DNA of 37,127 nucleotides. It comes from a virus (lineage: Duplodnaviria; Caudoviricetes). Location: positions 1-37,127 of IMG/VR virus record IMGVR_UViG_3300032328_000241. One strand, 5' to 3'. Made by a program: the position numbers and the translations under genes. The notes under the pieces were generated by a model, which was not told the DNA's origin, did not search any database, and worked only from the letters and a program-made list of their open reading frames with translations. Of the stretch, positions 28,196 through 36,380 are shown in pieces; position 1 is the first letter of the stretch, and every line of letters starts with the position of its first letter.

Positions 28196-28330
28196 ATGAT
28201 GAAATTACCTGCAAGCCCTGAACAACTTAGGGCAAGACTAGAATTGCGTAGGAGTAACGCCTCCGCTAAACACCGCAACAAAAAGAAATACACCCGTAAG
28301 TCAAAATACAAAAACCTACAAGGAGAATAA
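28196..28330 (+). CDS. 44-aa highly basic peptide, probably leaderless
   Basis: MMKLPASPEQLRARLELRRSNASAKHRNKKKYTRKSKYKNLQGE; ATG 7 nt after the -10. Confidence 0.65.
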   Translation: MMKLPASPEQLRARLELRRSNASAKHRNKKKYTRKSKYKNLQGE

Positions 28331-28331
28331 A

Positions 28332-28634
28332 ATGGGAAAAATGTTTGCAACAGAATTATCCGCTATGGATACTATGCCTATCGAACAACAGATTAACTTA
28401 CACCTGCAATACAACTTCTATCCACCTGTACCCTCATCTATGGTGCAACCTTGCATAGATGCAATTAACGCTTATTGGAATGAGGACATCTATGCAGAAA
28501 TAGAAATGCCACAAGGAGTTTCGTATCGTGGCAGTAACTTTGCACCTGCACACGCAATCGTTGAGCAACACCGCTTAGACTCTTGGGTAATGGAAGATGA
28601 ATACTATGAAGAAGATGAGGACTTTGATGTTTAA
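28332..28634 (+). CDS. Hypothetical phage protein
   Basis: AAGGAG RBS; HL..N.YPP and EQHRL..W motifs. Confidence 0.75.
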   Translation: MGKMFATELSAMDTMPIEQQINLHLQYNFYPPVPSSMVQPCIDAINAYWNEDIYAEIEMPQGVSYRGSNFAPAHAIVEQHRLDSWVMEDEYYEEDEDFDV

Positions 28635-28836
28635 CTTTAACGACATAGCCTGTAAAGATGTAGACACTAACTTATTCTTTAGCGAACTAAAGTCTAAGGT
28701 AGAAAAAGCAAAAGCAATCTGCAACTCTTGCCCTGTAAAGTCAGAGTGTCTAGAGTTTGCATTGAAAGACGGAATTGAGTTTGGTATTTTTGGTGGAGTC
28801 ACCGCAGATGAAAGGAAAGCCCTTGTTTACAACTAA
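28627..28836 (+). CDS. whiB: WhiB-family transcription factor
   Basis: AC.....LFF, AKAICNSCPVKSECLEFAL, GIFGG...ER: four Cys plus a GxWGG-like turn. Confidence 0.9.
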   Translation: MFNFNDIACKDVDTNLFFSELKSKVEKAKAICNSCPVKSECLEFALKDGIEFGIFGGVTADERKALVYN

Positions 28837-29014
28837 TCTAATCGTAAACTTTACTAATGGTGAAAGCAAAACTTATTTAGATGTTCACCCTGACCAAAGT
28901 TTCTTTATTAAAAATGAAATGCTAGTGCTAGAAACTTCAGACGGTGGAATGATTTGGTACATTCCAGCCTCTTCAATAATTGACTACTACACAGAATGTG
29001 AGCGTGTTGCGTAA
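28823..29014 (+). CDS. Hypothetical protein
   Basis: TTG start after AAGGA; coupled to the next gene. Confidence 0.65.
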   Translation: MFTTNLIVNFTNGESKTYLDVHPDQSFFIKNEMLVLETSDGGMIWYIPASSIIDYYTECERVA

Positions 29015-29214
29015 TGGATACAAGAGAACTTTATCGTGAGCAAGAATTTTATTGCTTGGGAGAAATTGAAGAATGGGTTAGACGTGACTACTATGGCAAC
29101 GATCTAAAAAGTTTGCTAAACGTATTCGTTGAAATGCGTTACACCGCAAATGAATGGCTTGACCGAGCAAAAGAAAATGGAATTGAAATTCCTAAACATT
29201 GGATGGAAGAGTAA
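29014..29214 (+). CDS. Hypothetical protein
   Basis: TAATG coupling. Confidence 0.65.
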   Translation: MDTRELYREQEFYCLGEIEEWVRRDYYGNDLKSLLNVFVEMRYTANEWLDRAKENGIEIPKHWMEE

Positions 29215-29341
29215 TCCAATGCCCTTCGGGGCGACCCCAAGCTTTGGGATCAATTACGACATTAAGAAAATAATCACGAAAATCACTAGAAATTGTCAGA
29301 CCTTTGTGGTATGCTTTCAGCATAACCTACTAAGGAGAGAA

Positions 29342-29458
29342 ATGTCAGAACTAATTAAAGATTTGTTTGAGGGTGTCATTGACGACCAAGCCCTTGCAAA
29401 ATTATCAACAGAGGAACTAGAAGCAATTAACAAAATGCTAACGGAAGCAGGTTACTAA
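29342..29458 (+). CDS. 38-aa hypothetical protein
   Basis: AAGGAG RBS after a promoter copy. Confidence 0.7.
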   Translation: MSELIKDLFEGVIDDQALAKLSTEELEAINKMLTEAGY

Positions 29459-29459
29459 A

Positions 29460-29798
29460 ATGGGTGCAAGAATTAATTTCGTATTTGATGACGGAACAGA
29501 TGCATTAACTGTATTGTATTCTCATTGGGGTGAGTACAGTTGGCAAGATGATTTAGCAGGTGCATTAGAACACGCTAAACCACGCAAGGGAGACCATTCA
29601 TACTTTACCCGTATGATTATTTCATACTTGATTAAAGATGAGGTTCTTTTAGAAACTGGTTATGGTATTTATGCAATTAACCGTTCAGAAATTGGTAACA
29701 ATTTTGATAAGACAGTTGTATTAGATTTAGTAAACAACCTACTTACCGATTTAGATAATGGTAATTCGGTTGAATTGTATGGAAAGGTTTACGCATAA
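29460..29798 (+). CDS. Conserved phage protein (MG.R...LYSHWG type)
   Basis: YxHW motif; operonic. Confidence 0.7.
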   Translation: MGARINFVFDDGTDALTVLYSHWGEYSWQDDLAGALEHAKPRKGDHSYFTRMIISYLIKDEVLLETGYGIYAINRSEIGNNFDKTVVLDLVNNLLTDLDNGNSVELYGKVYA

Positions 29799-29950
29799 TG
29801 TCTATGATGAAAAGACACCTTGAAGAAGTTATGTATGAATTATACCCAGAGGGTGTAACTAGTGAAGAAGAAATGTGGGACTGTATTGCAGAAGCAGACG
29901 GACACGAAAGAGATTACTATGCAGATGGAGATTTAGCAGAATGGCTATAG
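29798..29950 (+). CDS. 50-aa acidic protein
   Basis: MSMMKRHLEE...; TAATG coupling. Confidence 0.65.
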   Translation: MSMMKRHLEEVMYELYPEGVTSEEEMWDCIAEADGHERDYYADGDLAEWL

Positions 29951-30081
29951 AGGGTTATGAGTTAGTTGTTACAGGTGTATACAAAAATGGTGTCAGAGTT
30001 TCTGCACCACCCACTTGCAGGAATTGCAATAAAGAATTAGATTTTCTAGAGGAGTTTGTTGGGTGTGATGATTGTGCTTAA
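29941..30081 (+). CDS. 46-aa zinc-finger microprotein
   Basis: CRNC...CDDC; GGAG upstream. Confidence 0.6.
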   Translation: MAIEGYELVVTGVYKNGVRVSAPPTCRNCNKELDFLEEFVGCDDCA

Positions 30082-30184
30082 TACACTATTATGCTTTGGG
30101 GCAGGAATGATTGCAGGTATTGCCCTCGTTGGAATTGTTCTAAACCTAACTATACTAAAACAAGATGATTGGTACAAAAAATGA
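30068..30184 (+). CDS. 38-aa single-TM peptide
   Basis: MIVLNTLLCFGAGMIAGIALVGIVLNL...; overlaps both neighbours. Confidence 0.55.
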   Translation: MIVLNTLLCFGAGMIAGIALVGIVLNLTILKQDDWYKK

Positions 30185-30300
30185 AACTATTTAAGAAAAA
30201 AGAAGTTGAAGATACATTTACTAAGTTAGATAGACTAATGAGTGAAATGGCTACAAGCGATACATACATTGAATACTTGCGTGAACGAGAGGGTATGTAG
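30181..30300 (+). CDS. 39-aa hypothetical protein
   Basis: ATGA coupling. Confidence 0.55.
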   Translation: MKLFKKKEVEDTFTKLDRLMSEMATSDTYIEYLREREGM

Positions 30301-30404
30301 TGGGAGTATTTTATGGTAGTATATTCATACTTTTAATGCTCGGTGCAATATCATCAATAGCATTTTTATCAGACAAATATGAAAGTAGAGACGATGAATT
30401 ATAA
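30300..30404 (+). CDS. 34-aa single-TM peptide
   Basis: GTG start overlapping the previous TAG; GAGG RBS. Confidence 0.5.
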   Translation: MGVFYGSIFILLMLGAISSIAFLSDKYESRDDEL

Positions 30405-30612
30405 ATACGCAGACAAGCTAACTGGGTATCAGTTAGAGCCTGGAGACTTAATAGTCTTTGATGGCATAGATGAACCAATACAAATCAAAAGCCTAGATAT
30501 TCTTAAAGATGGATATCAGATTAATTACTTAGATGAATATGGTGATGAGGAATTGCATCAGTATATTGGTGAAGATGATATTGTTGATCTATATGTCTAT
30601 GATGAGGACTAA
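30394..30612 (+). CDS. SH3/KOW-like small acidic protein
   Basis: QLEPGDLI motif. Confidence 0.6.
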   Translation: MNYKYADKLTGYQLEPGDLIVFDGIDEPIQIKSLDILKDGYQINYLDEYGDEELHQYIGEDDIVDLYVYDED

Positions 30613-30750
30613 GGGGTCGCCCCATTTTTTTGGATTTGTCAAATTACGACAAGCCCAAAAAATTCACTGAAATATTTGCAAAAAAGGGTTGTTTTTGTCA
30701 GACCTATCTGCTAAGATGTTAGCATAACAACAACAAGAAAAGAGAAGCAA

Positions 30751-30909
30751 ATGGAAAACACAATCCAAGCACCAACTGTTGGCTCACAGTTCACCACGCA
30801 GAAGTCTGCCGTAACTGGAACAGTAACAGAAGTTAAGGAAAACAAGAACGGTACTTTGCGTATCAAACTTGACGTAAATGGTCAAGAACGCTGGACTACT
30901 GTAAAGTAG
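30751..30909 (+). CDS. 52-aa beta-barrel-like protein
   Basis: MENTIQAPTVGSQFTTQKS...RWTTVK after a promoter copy. Confidence 0.7.
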   Translation: MENTIQAPTVGSQFTTQKSAVTGTVTEVKENKNGTLRIKLDVNGQERWTTVK

Positions 30910-30991
30910 TTTGATTGTGGGGGTCTGGCTAAAATGTCAGACCCCTGTGATAAGATTATTTTAATAACTACCTACCAATAAGGAGAAACAA

Positions 30992-31477
30992 ATGGGACTA
31001 GACATGTATCTTCGTGCAAGCGAATACATCTCACGCAACAACTGGGGTCGTGATGAAGATGGCAACATTCTTGACACACCTAACGAAGCATTTAAGGCAA
31101 TCGTTGAAGCATTTGACCTAGAAAATGTTATTGACAAGACTGGCTTTGCTGGAATTAACATAGATGTACCTATGGGTTACTGGCGTAAGTCAAATCAAAT
31201 ACATAACTGGTTTGTTGAAAATGTTCAAGACGGTGAAGATAACTGTAGTGCATACTATGTAACTCGTGAACAGTTAGAAACTCTAAAAGGTTTATGCGTT
31301 GAGGTTCTTGCAAACAAATCACTTGCAGAAGATTTATTGCCAACAGGTGCAGGTTTCTTCTTTGGTTCAACAACCTATGATGAATACTACTATGGTGACC
31401 TAGAGGAAACTATTAAAATTATTGACCGCTGTCTTGCAAGTAAGTTTGACAGTTTTGAATACCAATCATCTTGGTAG
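30992..31477 (+). CDS. Conserved phage protein (MGLDMYL / YWRK.NQIH.WF type)
   Basis: Recognisable motif set, function unknown; AAGGAG RBS. Confidence 0.8.
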   Translation: MGLDMYLRASEYISRNNWGRDEDGNILDTPNEAFKAIVEAFDLENVIDKTGFAGINIDVPMGYWRKSNQIHNWFVENVQDGEDNCSAYYVTREQLETLKGLCVEVLANKSLAEDLLPTGAGFFFGSTTYDEYYYGDLEETIKIIDRCLASKFDSFEYQSSW

Positions 31478-31535
31478 TAGGGTATTACCTGAAGCCAAAA
31501 CCTGCCACAGCACAAGCAGGTAAAATAAAGGGGAC

Positions 31536-31627
31536 AGTCCTTAGCACCATATAGACAGACTATAAACTGCCAAATAAAAGAACTATCAATGGATAGTAAA
31601 ACTCCTAAGCATGAGTATAAACTGCTT
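31536..31627 (+). ncRNA. Two tandem putative H-type pseudoknot motifs upstream of the tRNA
   Basis: AGTC-CTTAGCA..-GACT-ATAAAC-TGCCA and ACTC-CTAAGCAT-GAGT-ATAAAC-TGCTT. Confidence 0.45.
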
Positions 31628-31631
31628 CACT

Positions 31632-31705
31632 GGTCTGGTGGCTCAGTTGGTTAGAGCACCGCCCTGTCACGGCGGAGGTCGTGGGTTCAAGTCCCATCCA
31701 GATCG
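31632..31705 (+). tRNA. tRNA-Asp (GTC), CCA not encoded
   Basis: GGTCTGG/CCAGATC acceptor stem, GCTCAGTTGGTTAGAGC D-arm, CCGCC-CTGTCAC-GGCGG anticodon arm, GGTTCAAGTCC T-arm, G discriminator. Confidence 0.95.
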
Positions 31706-31845
31706 CAAAAGCTGGGGTCGCCCCGTTTTTCCTGTTTTGTCAATTACGAAACACCTAAAAATTTCACTGAAGTTTCTTAAAATAACTATTGATAATGTCT
31801 GACCTGTATGCTAAGATTAAGGTATCAACCGAACAAAGGAAACAA

Positions 31846-32838
31846 ATGTCTATTGACCAAATCGAAATCGTAAACGGTAAGGCTTCTTACGCTTCTTTGC
31901 GTGTACCTGCCTACCACCAATTAGGAACTGTCTTTCAAGATGAAGTTTCTACATCAGAAATGCTAGAACTAGCAAACCTACATAACTGGAATGTACGTCT
32001 TGAAGATGTTGCACTACCAGAAAACTACACAACCGTAAAAAATAACTTTATGGTTGTTCGTGACCACCCAGAGGACGGCAACGGAAATGTTTTGTCTGTT
32101 GTTGGTGAACGCTACAAAGTATTACAGAATGAAGAACTGTTTGCTTTTGGTGACAACCTACTTGACGGTGGACGTTGGGAAGTTGCTGGTTCTCTAAAGC
32201 AAGGCAGACTTGTCTTTGGTGCATTAGCACTTGAGCGTGAAACCGTACTTGACCCTAATGGTGTTAGTGATGTAATCAAGAATTACCTTGCTATCTCTAC
32301 AAGCCACGATGGTTCTAGTGCTGTTCAGGCAACTGTCACACCAATTCGTATGACTTGTATGAATACTCATACCGCAGTATTCCGTAAGGGTGCAAAGCAG
32401 TCTTTCAAGTTACGTCACACACAGTCATTAGACGGACGTGTTGCACAGGCTCGTCAAGCATTAGGTCTTGCTAACACTTACATTGACGAGTTTGAAGTTA
32501 TGGCTAAGGCTATGATTGAAAAAGAAATCACTAAAGAAACATTTAACAAGATTGTTGCACTTGCATACCCAATGCCAGAAAAAGATAGCAAGGGTGCTGT
32601 TAAGAAGTGGGAAAACAAGATTGACTTGTTAGATGAAATCTATGGTGGTGACACTAACGGAATGATTGCTGGAAATGCTTGGGGTGCTTACAATGCACTT
32701 ACAGAACGTCTAGACTGGTATCGTACCGCTCGTGGCAATTCCGAAAGTATCCTAATGGGTGCTAGTGGTTTTGACCCTGTTGTAAATGCAGAAAAGAATA
32801 AGTTGCTCGGACTTGTTCGTGAGGTGGCAGGGGTTTAA
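31846..32838 (+). CDS. DUF932-family phage/plasmid protein
   Basis: YHQLG, VVGERYKVLQN, AGSL..GR, SHDGS, TPIRMTCMNT, RHT, WGAYNALTE motifs. Confidence 0.85.
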   Translation: MSIDQIEIVNGKASYASLRVPAYHQLGTVFQDEVSTSEMLELANLHNWNVRLEDVALPENYTTVKNNFMVVRDHPEDGNGNVLSVVGERYKVLQNEELFAFGDNLLDGGRWEVAGSLKQGRLVFGALALERETVLDPNGVSDVIKNYLAISTSHDGSSAVQATVTPIRMTCMNTHTAVFRKGAKQSFKLRHTQSLDGRVAQARQALGLANTYIDEFEVMAKAMIEKEITKETFNKIVALAYPMPEKDSKGAVKKWENKIDLLDEIYGGDTNGMIAGNAWGAYNALTERLDWYRTARGNSESILMGASGFDPVVNAEKNKLLGLVREVAGV

Positions 32839-33015
32839 TCCCCTGTCACTACCCCGAAATCCTGACTTGACAAAGTTGGGATTTTGGGGGCGACCCTTAA
32901 AGCTCCGCAATTACGAAGCATTAAGAGGATCACTGAAAATTTCACAGGAATTGCTATTGTAAATGTCGTACCTATGTGGTATGATTTCATCATAACCTAC
33001 TAACAAAGGAAACAA

Positions 33016-33795
33016 ATGCCAAACTGGGTATTCAATTCGTTAATCGTATCTGGCGAAGAGTCAGAGTTAAATAAAATGGTTGCACAACTTAACCAGCCAT
33101 TTGAAAAGCACTTCCCTGAATCAAAGTTTAATCAGGAAACAAAAGAATGGGAACACTTCCCTGATGTTCAAGTCTATGATAATCCTGTCTTTGCTTTTTG
33201 GAACATTGTAAAACCAACCGACCTTGAAGCATACTATGAAAGAGATGTATTAAAGGGTAATGTAAACATCAAAAAGGATGCTGACGGAAAGTTTGACAAT
33301 GATAGTTTTATGCAAGAGTTTGTTCGCTCTATGCGTGACGACCAAGACTGGTATCATTGGAACTGCCGTAACTGGGGAACTAAGTGGGATGTAGCAGTTG
33401 TTAATGGTGACGAGTATCCAAACACTACTAAAACAATTACTGATGAGGGTGATGTTATGTATCACTTCCAAACCGCTTGGAGTCCTGTCGGTGAAGTCCT
33501 ATTAAAACTATCAGAGATGTATCCTAACCTTAACTTTGATTATGAGTATGAAGAAGAACAGGGTTGGGGTGGAACTTGCACATTTTTAGGTGGAGAGGAC
33601 ATAGCCTGTGACCAGTGGGACATTCCAGAATCACACGCTGATTACAAAGATAGAGATAAAGAATGTCCTTGTGAGTATGACGACATTGAGTATGCATACA
33701 AGGATTGCCCTGTAGATACCACTGGCTACCATTGGAATGATGAAGAACACGAATGGCAAGAAATAAGTATTGACATTCCTGCCGAAATAAGATAA
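33016..33795 (+). CDS. YubB/DUF1281-like ferredoxin-fold protein
   Basis: MPNWVFN, WYHWNCRNWGTKWD, FQTAWSP motifs. Confidence 0.8.
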   Translation: MPNWVFNSLIVSGEESELNKMVAQLNQPFEKHFPESKFNQETKEWEHFPDVQVYDNPVFAFWNIVKPTDLEAYYERDVLKGNVNIKKDADGKFDNDSFMQEFVRSMRDDQDWYHWNCRNWGTKWDVAVVNGDEYPNTTKTITDEGDVMYHFQTAWSPVGEVLLKLSEMYPNLNFDYEYEEEQGWGGTCTFLGGEDIACDQWDIPESHADYKDRDKECPCEYDDIEYAYKDCPVDTTGYHWNDEEHEWQEISIDIPAEIR

Positions 33796-33798
33796 ACT
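33770..33798 (+). promoter_or_regulatory. Canonical sigma70/SigA promoter
   Basis: TTGACA-17-TAAACT upstream of 33829. Confidence 0.7.
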
Positions 33799-33828
33799 GT
33801 TACTAACAACCTACAAAAGGAGAAAAAA

Positions 33829-34281
33829 GTGGATTTTCCAATCCCAGCAACAATAGCCCCATTCGAGTATGACAAAACAAAAACTATTGTCATTAACAAG
33901 CACTACTACGGAACACCAGAGTATGTTCTTGTAAGTGCAGAAGATGTTTCTATGAAATACTGGAGGCATAGTGCTTTAACTCAAAGAGTATCAAACTATG
34001 AGTCAGCACAAGAAAAAGCAAAAGATTATCTTGTTGAGAACTTTGACGAGATTGGTGAAGATTATGCAAAAGAACTTGCAAGTATCTTGGGTATTGACTT
34101 ATCTAAAGAAGTACAAGTTGAGTTTACTGTAACAATCAAGGCAACGCTTACAATGCCAGTTAATGAAGAAGTGTCTGACCTAAGCATTTATGACTTTGAT
34201 GTTGAGATTTCCTCAAACAACAATGATTATGAAATCTTAGACTCTGATGCAGACATTGACTCAATAGATGAAAGATACTAG
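33829..34281 (+). CDS. Hypothetical acidic protein
   Basis: AAGGAG RBS, GTG start. Confidence 0.75.
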   Translation: MDFPIPATIAPFEYDKTKTIVINKHYYGTPEYVLVSAEDVSMKYWRHSALTQRVSNYESAQEKAKDYLVENFDEIGEDYAKELASILGIDLSKEVQVEFTVTIKATLTMPVNEEVSDLSIYDFDVEISSNNNDYEILDSDADIDSIDERY

Positions 34282-34361
34282 GTTTCCTAGTAGGTAGGAA
34301 AGATGTGGCAGGGGATAACCACACCGACAAAACCCCACCACCTAATAGAAAAGAGAAATAA

Positions 34362-34520
34362 ATGGCTAAGAAACTATTTATCGCACAGGAAAAGTGGAAC
34401 ACACGTTTTGGTAAGTCTGATCGTGTAGTTGTACGAGATGCAAATGGTCACTTTGTTGACAACAAGTCCAAGCGTCAAATTAAGAATGGCGAAGAACTTG
34501 GTTATACCGTCACACGATAA
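34362..34520 (+). CDS. 52-aa basic protein
   Basis: MAKKLFIAQEKW...VRDANGHF; followed by a terminator. Confidence 0.65.
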   Translation: MAKKLFIAQEKWNTRFGKSDRVVVRDANGHFVDNKSKRQIKNGEELGYTVTR

Positions 34521-34530
34521 CCAATAACGA

Positions 34531-34565
34531 GAAGCCCCCTGGTGGATACAGGGGGTTTTTCTTTT
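34531..34565 (+). terminator. Intrinsic terminator
   Basis: GCCCCCTG/CAGGGGGT stem followed by TTTTCTTTT. Confidence 0.8.
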
Positions 34566-34704
34566 GCCCAAAGCTAGGGGCGACCCTCGAAAACCCTCTA
34601 GTTACGAAGATCTAAAAAGTTCACTGGAATTTAGGGCAAATCACTATTGTAAATGTCACACCTTTGTGATAGGATACGGTTATCAACCTACAAAAAGGAC
34701 AAAA

Positions 34705-34872
34705 ATGATTGACACAGACAATCCATTACTACAAACACTAGCAGATGATTTTGTTGATTTGCATAAAGTTGGTGGTATCGAATTAGAACAATGGGAAACC
34801 GCTTACAACTTTGTAAAGCATTTCTATCACACAGAGGAAATGGTACAGATTATCATTAGGGAGAAAAGATAA
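34705..34872 (+). CDS. 55-aa hypothetical protein
   Basis: AAGGA RBS after a promoter copy. Confidence 0.7.
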   Translation: MIDTDNPLLQTLADDFVDLHKVGGIELEQWETAYNFVKHFYHTEEMVQIIIREKR

Positions 34873-35129
34873 TGACATACTTAGTAGCAGTAACAGAAGT
34901 TGTTTACGATGAAGAGTATTTAATTAAAGAGATGTTAGCAACAGGTGAGTATGGAATTAATGCTCACCCCATTTCACACGAGGCTATGGTGGAGTTTATC
35001 AAGGATAGAGAGTGGCAAATAGAACACCATTTATTCTTGACAAAATACGACATACCTGTTAGTATCGCTATTAAAGATGAGGACGGCACAGATGTTTTCT
35101 TTGCCAAGAACAAGATAGAGGTTAAGTAA
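34872..35129 (+). CDS. Hypothetical protein
   Basis: TAATG coupling. Confidence 0.7.
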   Translation: MTYLVAVTEVVYDEEYLIKEMLATGEYGINAHPISHEAMVEFIKDREWQIEHHLFLTKYDIPVSIAIKDEDGTDVFFAKNKIEVK

Positions 35130-35356
35130 TGTATTTAACAGCAACCTTTCAGGGAACTTTTGAATCACAATGGTCAATGAAGATAGATCAGAAAGATTGG
35201 GAATCTTATCTAGCAGACAATCCTGATTTTGATAATGATGATGCTTGGAATCATTTTAAGAATCTTGGATACTACGATGAGTGTGACGACTCTGCTGACT
35301 TAGAACAGACAATGATTTCTTTAGAGTATAACGGATTAGAAGTGGAGATTAACTAA
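35129..35356 (+). CDS. Hypothetical acidic protein
   Basis: TAATG coupling. Confidence 0.7.
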   Translation: MYLTATFQGTFESQWSMKIDQKDWESYLADNPDFDNDDAWNHFKNLGYYDECDDSADLEQTMISLEYNGLEVEIN

Positions 35357-35523
35357 TGCCAAAGTATTTATGCACACTAGCACTTAAGGAATACTATGAA
35401 CTTGAGATTGAAGCAGACGACTATGAAACAGCCGTCCAAATAGCAAACGATACAGACATTGAGTATTTTACTGAAACAGGTACAACAACAGAACAAATGG
35501 AAGTTGAGGAAGTAAATGTATAA
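35356..35523 (+). CDS. 55-aa acidic protein
   Basis: MPKY...EIEADDYETA..IA; TAATG coupling. Confidence 0.65.
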   Translation: MPKYLCTLALKEYYELEIEADDYETAVQIANDTDIEYFTETGTTTEQMEVEEVNV

Positions 35524-35701
35524 CTACAATGTAGAGTTTGTCTTAGAGGCTATGGTAATGATTACCCACGTTTCTTTTGATGAGCCAGACTTACCTGATG
35601 ATTTTATTATTCAAGAAGCAAGGAACAACATTTTGAGTTACTACAAGATTGACCCAGAAGTTATGTACCTGCAAGATGTGATCGTACATAGGGAGGACTA
35701 G
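35516..35701 (+). CDS. Hypothetical protein
   Basis: GAGG RBS; operonic. Confidence 0.65.
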   Translation: MYNYNVEFVLEAMVMITHVSFDEPDLPDDFIIQEARNNILSYYKIDPEVMYLQDVIVHRED

Positions 35702-35702
35702 T

Positions 35703-35939
35703 ATGAGCAAGCAATATCATTGGGTAGTAGTATATGATGAAGATTGGGGAGCTTTTATGGTAGACATAGAAACAACACTAGCAAACCTTACAGAAGATCA
35801 AGGTGTTGTTTATGATAAGTCTACTGGAAAATGGGAGTTTATGGAAGAAGGCTCTGAACTGCATTTAGAATATTTGAGGCTAGAAGAAATCCTGGCTTAT
35901 AACCTAACACGTCTTGACTTAACCGCAGAAATAGGATAG
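35703..35939 (+). CDS. Hypothetical protein
   Basis: GGAGG RBS. Confidence 0.7.
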   Translation: MSKQYHWVVVYDEDWGAFMVDIETTLANLTEDQGVVYDKSTGKWEFMEEGSELHLEYLRLEEILAYNLTRLDLTAEIG

Positions 35940-35948
35940 GATACGCAT

Positions 35949-36380
35949 ATGAAAACATATGAAGGCGTTACAGTAGAGTACAAGGAAGTAATCCCTACCT
36001 CCAAGCAAATGGCAGAGTTTTATGTCTGGCAAGAAGGCTATGAGTCTTATGCAACTATCAGATATGAGGACCGTGTAGTTGAAGTAGAGCGTGGTGGTGA
36101 AATGCATTTAACACTACCAAACTTAGTTAATGGTGAACTATCAGATGAAGGTGCAACAATAGTCAGATACTCTGACGACTTAGAAGCAGCAGGTATCAAC
36201 GATGATATCCAACTAATGCAATATCTTAAAACTATTAGTAATAGTGGATTTCAGATATATCGTATGAATCCGTGGTGGGAAGTATTCTCACACAACTGTG
36301 ATATGGGTGAAGTTTACGATACATTCTATGATGCTGTAAACGGTAGCATAGATTACATTCTAGATGATAGTAACTGGTAA
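35949..36380 (+). CDS. Hypothetical acidic protein
   Basis: 143 aa; AGGA RBS. Confidence 0.75.
   Translation: MKTYEGVTVEYKEVIPTSKQMAEFYVWQEGYESYATIRYEDRVVEVERGGEMHLTLPNLVNGELSDEGATIVRYSDDLEAAGINDDIQLMQYLKTISNSGFQIYRMNPWWEVFSHNCDMGEVYDTFYDAVNGSIDYILDDSNW

Noticed and set aside
31632-31730. Suppressor tRNA, genetic recoding or tRNA-linked HDV-like ribozyme
   Set aside because: The anticodon is GTC, genes read normally with all three stop codons, and the tRNA 3' flank is the GC-box element with no HDV-like fold that I can see.
31611-31802. 63-aa ORF
   Set aside because: Overlaps tRNA-Asp and a boundary element.
34172-34195. Extra promoter copy TGTCTGACC (similar case at 29991)
   Set aside because: No TAnnnT at the 10-nt spacing; lies inside a CDS.
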